A stretch of 44,832 nt of DNA from Nemertoderma westbladi (taxonomy: Eukaryota > Animalia > Xenacoelomorpha). How positions within the stretch are numbered: the stretch's first letter is position 1; each line of letters begins with the position of its first letter. Positions 1-9,720 of this stretch are shown piece by piece. Below the pieces are notes generated by a model, which saw only the letters and a program-made list of their open reading frames with translations, made no database searches and was not told the origin of the DNA. The stretch is from contig JAUCBJ010008304.1 of assembly GCA_032718475.1 (NCBI GenBank), forward strand, positions 1 through 44,832, given 5' to 3'. Both the position numbers and the translations under genes were made by a program.

Positions 1-360
1 TTGTCCGGACTCCCTAACATCTGCATTGGCCGAAAAATAAAAGAACAATGAAATCAATTTAATGATAATGGTGATTTATCTTGTAGAAATAAATCAATAT
101 CAAAAGCAAAGCAATATATATATAAAATAAAATTAAGTAATAGGAACGCATTCTAAACCACCATAAGTAAAGCCGCACTGTGCAAGTATTATTGGTTGGA
201 AGTAAAGTTATTAAACATAAACAATTATTCACACCATATAATATAAATGTAAATAATGATAAATCAAAGTACAAAAACCTGTACATCCCAAACTTAAATG
301 TCTTTATGTATCAAATAAATGCATAAAAGCAAAAATGAACATTGAATGAAAATATTGTTT

Positions 361-3300
361 TTAGTTTGTGCTGAGATTCGACATAATATCAGCTATATGG
401 ACTTGACCTGTGTCTTTCAAACACTGGAGGAATATAAGAAAGTCTTTATAAGGCCTTCTAATAATAGAATTAATTAATTCATTATTCTTTCCAATTTTTG
501 TTTTCTGACAACTAATACGTTGTAAAACACAATCGTTCAGAACACCTCTATCCTCAAGACAAATTATCAGTTGTTCTGGTTCAATATTGGAAATTAGTTT
601 AGATTTATTATCTCTAATGATATCAATAAACTCCCCATCATTATTGGCGATTCCATTTAATTGATCTACCAGATGACTCTGATTGGTTGCTCGTAAAGCT
701 TCAACAAATATGTCAAAGTCATTTTCTGTTCCCCATTTTAGTGCCTCTACCAACGATTTATTGGTACTGTAAATTGTTAATTTTGAATTAATGTTATCCA
801 GAACTTCTACAGATAACGCACGTTTCTCATCAAGGTGTATTAGTACCTCTGTTGGTTCCAGTTTCAGACAAAGCATTTTTTGCTGCGTTTTCAACTTATT
901 TCGGTGAGAATTTGAACATCTGCCCTCTGGTAATTGAACACCATATCCAAGCAGACCGGTTTCAAGAGTCTTAAAACATTCCGATAACTTTAGAAAGTGG
1001 AAACACTCTTCGTCTTTACACTTAATAAATTCGTGTTTAATACATGGGGCATCACACGGACAATTTATTTCAAAATTAAACGTTATATTTCTCATCTTTA
1101 GTTGATGAATAATTTCATTCAATGATAATTGTAAATAGTCTTTTACTCTGAACACAATATCTGGATTTGGTTTATTCGCCGCCACGTTATCAATAACACC
1201 ATGGTGCACTTCTTTAAACCTGTTAATTTGAACTTTAATCCAGTGCAAATTTTTACCTGACCTCTCCAAAACGATTACATGGTCAGAATCTAGAAAAATC
1301 TCGGCAGATCTATGAAACAAGTTTGGTTTTATAAAATCACCGCCTACAATATATGATAAATCTAAAACTTTCTTAATCAGCCGGAAATATACACTATCGG
1401 GTAAAAAACCATCAAATGTAATATAAAATTCAATAAAAGATTGGTTTGCTTTCCAAGGTGTTAATTGGGTTGGCTTTAAGCGACAGGGTACATAATACTC
1501 CAATCGTTTATCATGTTTTGGAATGCCCACACACAATAAATTAAAACGTTCCAGAATATTCAATATAAATTGTTTCTTTTCAAAAACCCCTTCCCAGAGA
1601 TACTCAATAAGTTTTTCGTGTAATATGCCATGCTCATCTAGATCTTTCCAGTACATAGCATGTTCTGGTAGTATATTGTCTTTAACAGTTATTATTCTAA
1701 CAAACAGATCACTCAACCACTCAGGGCTTAATATGACCGTATCTCTCAATGATTCATCATCAAAGTAAATTATTTTTCCTAAATCATGATAAAATTCTAG
1801 AACCGTCTTTAATCCAGAATAATCAAACTCTACTTTAAAATCTTTTAACATCCTCTCCAACTCTTCAACCTCAATGCAAACTTTATTTACTTCTATCAAT
1901 TTAACTATAATTTGTTCAAATTTAAGATATTTCAAAGGAATTTCTTCTTTAAACTTAACCATTTCTTTGACAATTGATGCCTGTAATTTTTCTATTTCAA
2001 AATCGTCCTTATTTTTTATTTCGATATTATTTTCAACGGCATAGTATCCCTTAACAATACTCCTCAAAGGGAGAGATTTTTCTACGGAAATTTGAATTTC
2101 TTTAAGTATATTTGTGGCTATGTCATCTTGTTGTTTTGGATCAACATGCAAGCTACTCTTATGTGTTCCTACAATAAAGACTGGAGGATCAATATTCTCT
2201 GTATCACTTTCAGGTTTATGACAGACAGCAAATATGCTTCGCAACCAAAAATAAATATAATCAACGTTTGTCATCTCTCCGTAAAATGTACTAATGGTGC
2301 TATCGGATTCTCTTACAATAATATCCGCTGTTTCATGCAGATCTTTTGATAGATCAAAAACAATTATATACAGAGCTCGTCTATTCAGGAATATCTGATG
2401 GGTGGTGTAAAAAATACACTGTCCTCCAAAATCTACTGTTTGAAGAGAAAACTCTCTGTCTTCTTCGAGGAATTTTGCCAGAATAACATCTTGAGGTTTC
2501 CCAGATAGTAGTATATCTTCAATCCCCGCAGTAATTTGGTCAGGAATTTCATCATGGGCAGGATGACAAACTATTTTATCACTTTCGCCCTTTTGCATTT
2601 TTATATCTTCAGCATATGTTACATTGTTTACATTTGTGATTGAATTATCTGTTTCTGAATCCCGATTCACGATTCGGTTACTGACATTTCCATCACTGAT
2701 ATTGCTAAGCAATGGTGTTCCGATTATTATATCAGTAGATGATGTTGCTTTTACTGAAACATTATTGATTATTTCATTAATATTTTTCGCTTGAAATAAT
2801 TGTTCTTCTTCTGTAACTTTTTTCTTTTCAAGAACAATTTTTGCTATTTGTTTAGCAAGAATTCTGTTTATGTCTGTTTCTACATTGTCTTCAGTCTGGC
2901 ACCTTGTCCAATCAGCACTTTGGTCTGTGTTTATAATACAGGTTGTGGAAGAGTCAATACCATTTGTAATTGGCTCACTCTTATCAAATGTTTGACCAAT
3001 AAGAGCTTTCTTCAAGCTGGTCTTACCAGCTCTTTCTTGTCCTACAAACATTAATCGAGATTTTAGTCTCAAATTTGTTCCTTTAGAAAGTTCGGTTTTA
3101 TAGGCTGATAATGCTTCTGGACCTCTAGATAATATTTCAACAGGTATACCAACTAATTTATCGTTCATATATTTCAGTAATACTTTTGATACAACTATAT
3201 TTTGCTCATTTTTAGTTAGAAGTCCCTTTTCCATAAACTTTTTGATACAATTTATTTTAATTTCCGATATTCTGTTTTGGTTCTGTGTTGATAATTCCAA

Positions 3301-3554
3301 TAATTCATCAGCACACATACTATAGTATACTTCTTTATCATTTGCATTTAGAGAATCAACAGCTAGTCCAATTAACGATTTTATCTTGCCTTGATATGTT
3401 TGACTGATAGGACCAACCCATCCAATATGAATTGAAATTTCAACCCATTTCTTTGCCTTCCTCAACATTCCTTCAATTTCAGTAATACTTGTCGTTGTTT
3501 CAGTTTGTTTTCTAGAATTGGGGTCAATAACGATTATCGTACCATCTTCACCAC
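361..3554 (-). CDS. ROCO protein, coding exon 2: last WD40 strands, Roc GTPase, COR, two CARD-like domains
   Basis: The acceptor ttttattatggcag| at 3555 joins exon 1 in phase to give RHFIIG-GEDGTIIVID, completing a WD40 repeat. Pre-Roc helix IPVEILSRGPEAL; P-loop GQERAGKT (3019-3042); G2 EPITNG; G3 DFGGQ..FYTTHQIFL (2419-2433); G4 VGTHK; COR (LEFYHDLGKIIYF..VILSPEWL, YYVPCRL, FLPDSVYFRLI). Two C-terminal CARD-like repeats end in FVEALRATNQSHLVDQL and FLQCLKDTGQVHIADIM. Joined CDS is 4062 nt = 1353 aa + stop. Confidence 0.9.
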
Positions 3555-3624
3555 CTGCCATAATAAAATTACAATTAAGTATTATTCAACTGTGCGATTT
3601 ATTTAGCTGTAACTGTGCGAAACA

Positions 3625-3895
3625 AATGCCATGGTGGACAGCCCATGGACTTTCTTGAGACCCTTCTTCATTACATAGTACATATGCTTTGAAGATGCGG
3701 ATTTTCTCAAGAAATTCATGGGTGATAGGGAGTTGTGGCGGCACAATTTTGTTGATAAGCCGACATATCATTCTTAATTCACGCTGCATTGCGCTTGCCA
3801 ATAGCAAAAATATATTTATTCAGACAGCATCTCATCTCAACGTGCAGCTTCACTACAGAGGCCGATTAGTAGTATTAGTATCAGTAGTAGTAGTG
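3625..3895 (+). mobile_element. RTE-clade LINE 3' fragment in the ROCO intron
   Basis: Degenerate GGQPM...MGDRELWRHNFVDKP matches the 3' end of the RTE copy at 6248-6586 in the opposite orientation; ends in a (TAG)n-like tail at ~3867-3894. Confidence 0.75.
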
Positions 3896-4020
3896 CTATA
3901 CATTTATGGTTATTCTATGGTTAGCCTTCTAGCATTGATTGGCTATTCAAAATTATTAATTAATTTTTTTTTTTGTTAATTCACCATAAAAATTATTACA
4001 AACTTGCAATACATACATAC

Positions 4021-4888
4021 CTATAATAAAATGTCTGCTATTCCTATGGAAGTCAAGAGAGAGCACATTCGCAACAAATCCTCCACTTATTCGATTCAAA
4101 ATCTCCCCATCGATAGAGTCGATTAAGTAGATCAAACCAGTCTTTCCAGCAGTTGCTATTCTAGACCCATCAGAACTGAATGCCAGGCGATACGAATCAA
4201 AAACTCCTTTCTGTTCCCATAACAACTCACCATTGTTTACAAGGAAACGATGGAGTTCACCACCTTCATCCAATGAGACGATTGATTTACCATCAGGACT
4301 CCATACAAGGCGCCAAACTGGTCGTGAGTGACCATAATATACGGTAGTCAACTTTCTTGATGGAGTCGTCCATATTTTAATAGTTGTATCCATTGAGGTA
4401 GTGGCCATTCGAGCGCCGGTTAAATCAAACTGAATATCGATTACTATTCCAGAATGCGCCTTCCAGTTTGAAATGGTATAGGTTGAACCGTCTATAACCA
4501 TCAAAGACAAACCCCCAGCCTCGGCGCTGTCGTTATGCCATCCGCATGTCCCTATAATATTTGGGTTCATCGAATGGAACTGAACGCCTCGGCGTGACAC
4601 AACTATTTCATCTCCGATGCGGAATTCCGTTCCGGGTATCGCGAATCTGAGTTCCCACTTACGGGATTCACAGTACCAAACCATCAACGACCCACTGAGA
4701 GTCCCCGCAGCAATCCGTTTACCATCGTGTGATACCGCAACTCTTCGGAAACTCAGCGACGAATCTTCTACTAAACATTCTTCCACAAATAAAGTGTTTG
4801 TATCAGCTATTGCGACACGATTTGGTGAACTGAATACAAATTGATCAGAATTTCGGAAGCATTGCAACCCCCAGATAGCACGGTCCAT
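4021..4888 (-). CDS. ROCO protein, coding exon 1: WD40 beta-propeller
   Basis: WD40 repeats (VAVSHDGKRIAAGTLSGSLMVW; AHSGIVIDIQFDLTGARMATTSMDTTIKIW; GHSRPVWRLVWSPDGKSIVS). ATG at 4888 is preceded by an in-frame TAA and a tttcag acceptor at 4908, implying a 5'UTR intron. Phase-1 donor G|GTATGT at 4021/4020. Confidence 0.88.
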
Positions 4889-6796
4889 TACTAGGGTAGA
4901 ACTTTATCTGAAATATAATAATATACAATGTGTGAAATTGAATGGCGTAAAATAGTCTTAATTACCAACAAATGTTGTAGGTTTAAGAAATTGATTTAAA
5001 TTAAATTAAAAAAGAGGGAAAAGCGCTTGTTAACGTGGTGGTGTTTTCTAACCAAAACAAAATAAAAACTAGATTTCTCGTGTTATTCATTTGGGATGCA
5101 GTTCATTTTTTAACTTCCTACTATGTTTGCTAGGAGTTTCCTACGGAACTACTGGTGATCTGAACAATGATTTGTATTAATTGGAGTTTAATATGGTCTC
5201 CCGTAGGACATATTAGTGACCTAATTATCACCTACAGCATAACCCCTATAGTAAAATTTGGATTTTCTATTTTAATAAAAACCCATCTTCTTATCAAAAT
5301 AATGTTTGGAGATGTAAATGAATTTATTTAATATAAGAATTAAAATTTGAAATTATGAAACTCAAAGTTGTACACAATTAATTATTTTCGATTAATTCTA
5401 GTGTTACTGATTACAGATCCTCCATATCATTTCTTCAACATTCCGATTATAGGCAACATTATTTAGGTAAAGTGCATTAACTACTAGTAAAAAATCAGCT
5501 TTAGTTCGGTATATTACTTGAAAGAAACCGATACGCATATTAACAATTTCGTTAATTTTGGTCTATGGAGGAAGTATTGGGTCGCAGTCTTGTAACTATT
5601 ATTAACTCGTTATTTATTTATTTACTAATAAATGTTATTATAGAAATACTCTTAATTTAGTTTTGTCGATATCTCTTTTACCCCGCGGCGCATGGGGATG
5701 TACCTTGAATTATTATTAATTGTTTGTAATGTTAAGTTTTTTAATATTTATATTTGTTATTTGGCCTTAAACGACTAGAGTATTTTGTAATAATAAACAA
5801 AATTACCTACCATTTATACTTGCCTTTCAAATCAACGCATATTTGACTGAGATTAAAATAATGAGTGTGTTACAGTTATTACAGTTATCAATTAGAATTA
5901 AATTAATATCAATGTTGAAGACAATTTCCCTATGTTACTTACAGACACTGAGAATACCAGTAAATACACTGTATGGTAAATTAAAGTTGGCACTGAGTGA
6001 CACATTGTACTTTGTGCCTTTATATTATTATTCCCAAGTCCTAACTAAAGTCGTTCTGGTTGTGAACCATGGTTATGGATGTTCATTTAAGTAACATAGC
6101 ACTCTAGCAATTATTATATTTGTACCATAATTTATTATGTTGGTTCTAAGTGTTGAACGAATTGCAAGTAGTAATACATCTGGGGCACTTGTGCAGCACA
6201 TGAGGGGGGTACTACTAGGATCGGCATGCTGCATTGCAGCTGCATTTTTAAGAATGTTGTGCCGGCTTGTCAACAAAATTGCACCGCCACAACTCCCTAT
6301 CACCCATGACATTTGCTAGATCATCCGCATCTTCAAGGCCAGTGTCCTTTAAGATGCGTCTCAAGAAAGTCATGGGCTGTCCACCTTGCTTATTCACTCC
6401 ATGAGGCTGCCAAAGTACAAGATTATGCACTGGTTGGTCCTCACGGCGAAAGCAATGTCCTGCAAAGCGGAGGCGATTTTGTTCTAGTGTCAAGCTTGGG
6501 GGAACCAATGAGACACCTCCAATGTTATATAGTGTCTGGTTGGAGATGTGTGCATTGTACTTGACACAATGAACCCGGCGTAGCATTCTTGTGAATGTGC
6601 CATCCAGAGATTTATTATAGGAAGGGATCTAGGGGTCTTAACCTCGAATGATAAGTTTATTTTACCGAAAATAACTTATCTTTTATTGGCGCAATTGTAG
6701 GACTAATCCCATCACATGCGTACTTTTTAACCGGGTAGTGTACAAATTTAGGAATCGCGTATTTTTTCTTGAAATTAATATCTCATATCTCTCCAA

Positions 6797-6839
6797 ACCA
6801 CGTACGCCTTTCGACCTTACTGGGTCTCATCAGCGTGGT
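6797..6839 (-). ncRNA. Minimal type I hammerhead ribozyme
   Basis: Minus strand reads ACCACG CTGATGA GACC-CAGTAA-GGTC GAAA GGCG TA CGTGGT: 6-bp stem I, CUGAUGA core, 4-bp stem II, GAAA, minimal stem III, GUA cleavage triplet. A partial second copy on + (6936-6966) has the palindromic GAAA-CGCG-TA but lacks CTGATG. Confidence 0.85.
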
Positions 6840-6902
6840 GTCGGATTCGAACCTGGGACCTCGAGGTGCAAGCCGAGACTACAACCACTAGGCCACAGGT
6901 TC
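6836..6902 (-). promoter_or_regulatory. tRNA-derived sequence / type-2 Pol III internal promoter
   Basis: A-box TGGCCTAGTGG (6885-6895), anticodon-like arm with TGC, B-box GGTTCGAATCC (6843-6853). Ends in ACCA; the acceptor stem is incomplete, so this is not a functional tRNA. Confidence 0.75.
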
Positions 6903-9479
6903 TTGAGATATGGAGTATTAATTTCAAAGCCAGTAAGACCCAGTAAGGTCGAAACGCGTACGTGGTTTGGAGAGATATGAGATATTAATTTCAAGAAAAA
7001 ATACGCGATTCCTAAATTTGTACACTACTCGGTTAAAAAGTACGCATGTGATGGGATTAGTCCTACAATTGCGCCAATAAAAGATAAGTTATTTTCGGTA
7101 AAATAAACTTATCATTCGAGGTTAAGACCCCTAGATCCCTTCCTATAATAAATGTATAATAACAAACACCTCGAAAAATACAGCTTGCCAACACATTGTT
7201 ACTATCCAGAGATTTGGTGTCCTCAGCAGTTAGAGCCCAGCATGGACTCCCGTAGAGGAGTACTGGAACTACTGCTGCTCTAAATAATCGGACCTTAAGT
7301 TTCCGATTAATTATCGGTGACTTCCAAATCCTGGAAAGCCTATTCAAGGCTGCCCATGCCTTTCCCTTACGTATTCGAAGGTCCTCACCTGACTTCCGGA
7401 TCCATGATTCCAGGTAACAGAAGTCGTCCACATGCTCAAGCATACTATCCTTTGAGCTTATGCTCATGCTCACGCTGACTAAGTCTTACCTTGGCCACAA
7501 GATGGCGGTGATCACTGGAGAAGGGTCGAAGTGTAAATGCATTACAGTCTTGTATAGAGCTCCTGTATTTCCTACGAAACAGAATATGGTCTATCTGGGA
7601 CTTGTGACCACTGGGTCCACTATGAGTCCATAGCTTTCCAGTTCGCTTCTTGAACTGGGTTCCAGCCGAAAACAATCCATTTCCAGAGATAAAATCCTGA
7701 AGATGGACAGAATTTCGGTTAACACTATTGCTATAGACCCAGGGCGATGTAGGAGATTGATGCAGACTTGCATTAAAGTCTCCCAGGAATGTTAAGAATG
7801 CATGCTGATCCACTCCATCAGTAGCTGCTTGTAGATTGTGGTAGAAATTTTCCACCTCCTCTACAGGGGCACCACTAGTTGGAGAGTAGCACACAATCAG
7901 AACCACCTTAGGAAACTTCTTAGCCATTCTTCCAGAACATGAGAAGTGGCAACGGATGATGCGGTTAGAGATTTGGTCTATTTTGTCCAATGCTGCATGT
8001 GCAGTTGGATTCATCAATAGACCAATTCCACCATTGCCACTATCATCTGCTGACACGAGGGCGAGTTGCCAACCGCCCCCCATGTCCTTAATCAGAACCT
8101 CATCAGTCTGTCCAGTCTGCATTCGGTGCTCTTGAACACCCACTGCGCTAGGAGAAAGCTTATCTGCCAAGGCAGTCAGCTCACCTTGTCGCATTGGGGA
8201 CCCGAGTGTTAGGGTGTTTACTGAGGCTAGTCTAGTGACTTGCCTCGGATTCACCAATGGCTTTGCTGGTCGGGGTGGAACATGAGAGTAGCCTCCAACT
8301 CCAGAATCCCTCTCCCCCTCACAATCTGGCCTCCCTGGTGACCCAGGGTTTGGGCCAGAAAGGTCATCAGGAAAGGGACTCAAAGAATTGTTGGCTGCTC
8401 TCTCTCTCCAGTTGGGGTGTGAGACAGGCAGCCGGTCAGGAGTTAACTGACGCCTGTGAGGCCGATTGTGTCCGGTAATTCCACTGGCCTCTAGTGGCTG
8501 GACCTCCGCATTGCTAATGTAATCCATAGTGGGGGTTGGGGGTGCTTTTTTGCCGAGTCAGCTCTCGGGGCAAATACCACACCCTGGTTTGCCATTCCAC
8601 AGGGTGGGTGTCGCAATGGAGTCAGATATGAGGCCCATCACCAACCAACCAACCATCACTAATCATGCAACCAAGTAACATAAAGGGCGGTACATCCTAA
8701 AAGGGCAAACGAGCTGAACTAAGCTGAAACGACCTGAAACGAGTTGAAACAAGCTGTGAAAACGAATAATATTAGATTCTAGGGGAACTTAGATCTCGGG
8801 TGGGAACTAGTGTGGTGCGACCTCAATTGTACAACCTCAATTGTACATACGTTTCACAAACTCAGTTGTATAATCCTTCTCTATCCAATTGAGAGTAAGT
8901 TTTATTGATGTTTGTCAAGATTCGCTGATGCGAAAGCTTTTGGTGTAAATATTTCCCCCCCCCCCCCATCCCTTTGTCCTAATATGGCAGATACTGAGAT
9001 ATTTGATGCGTCTGTTATTAACTCTGTATGTAACATAGGATCGAAGTGAGATAATTACAGTATGTAGCTTTTGACATTTTCTCCTTCTCAGTTAATTAAA
9101 ACATTGCTGTATTTATTCGTTCCATGTACGTAAATGTACTACTATCTTTAATTAATAAAGCATATAATGGTTTAGCCATTTCTGCATAATGAGGTACGTT
9201 AATGAGGTAATTCATGAACCCCATGATACTAGTTGTAGTTTCTTTTTGGATGTTGTTTGGATTCATGTCTAGTACTACCCGAACTTTTTTAGGATCTGGT
9301 AAAAATCCCCCTTTTTTTATAATTTTTCCACAGAATTCGTTGGTTGTTTAGACTAAGTTTAAGTTCTTAATTCTGTACCTGTAAATCGCGTATTTTTTTG
9401 CTGTGGACAGACAATACGTAGGCTGTAGTTCTTAATTTTTTCTAAATCGTATATAAGTTTTTTAAAACCATGTATATTA

Positions 9480-9720
9480 TGTAAATGCTATAAGTATTTC
9501 ACAGCAATATGTGTGATAGTACTGTAGTCTTGTACATATATAATTTTGTTTTTTACTGACAGCTGACCCTTTACTTGTCCTAGTTCCGAAATTGCTTGAG
9601 TCATTTTCTTTGATATAGAATCGATATGTTTACGCCATTGTAGTTTGTTGTCTATAAAAATTTCCAGGTATTTATCTGTAACTTGATTGTGGTATGCGTA
9701 TGATGGTTTGTTGGGTCCCA
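9480..9720 (-). mobile_element. Degenerate LINE reverse transcriptase C-terminal fragment
   Basis: KYLEIFIDNKLQWRKHIDSISKK resembles the KYLGxxxDxxLxWxxHI motif that follows the RT core of non-LTR elements. Confidence 0.65.

Larger units (their letters stand above)
6614..7203. mobile_element. Penelope-like (PLE) non-autonomous or truncated insertion with inverted pseudo-LTR arms
   Basis: 12-bp TSD ATCCAGAGATTT at 6602-6613 and 7204-7215; removing the insert restores the RTE frame TKSLDGTFTRMLRR. Inverted arms 6610-6827 and 6936-7153 (218 bp, two mismatches noticed); 50-bp unpaired tail 7154-7203; hammerhead motif in the arms. Confidence 0.8.
6210..8640 (-). mobile_element. RTE-clade non-LTR retrotransposon, internally deleted (AP endonuclease and C-terminus kept, RT core missing)
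   Basis: ORF 7445-8527 has APE motifs (VGVQEHR, LGDFNA, SQIDHIL, SDHR). It joins at ~7460-7480 to the post-RT segment (VDDFCYLESWI, LFRAAVVPVLLYGSPCW, RLRFAGHCFRR). TAG-type tail near 6211-6219. Interrupted at 6614-7203. Confidence 0.85.

Noticed and set aside
3555-3561. ATG at 3561 as the start of an independent Roc-COR gene
   Set aside because: It overlaps the splice acceptor, and the following residues complete the WD40 repeat begun in the upstream exon.
6836-6902. Functional tRNA-Ala gene
   Set aside because: The acceptor stem is missing and the T and anticodon stems are imperfect.
6610-7153. Ordinary MITE with long TIRs
   Set aside because: The TSD encloses an extra one-sided 50-bp tail and the arms contain a hammerhead, which fits PLE-type retrotransposition better.
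8380-8640. HDV-like ribozyme in the RTE 5' region
   Set aside because: Hairpins are present, but I could not build the nested double pseudoknot by eye; a motif search is needed.
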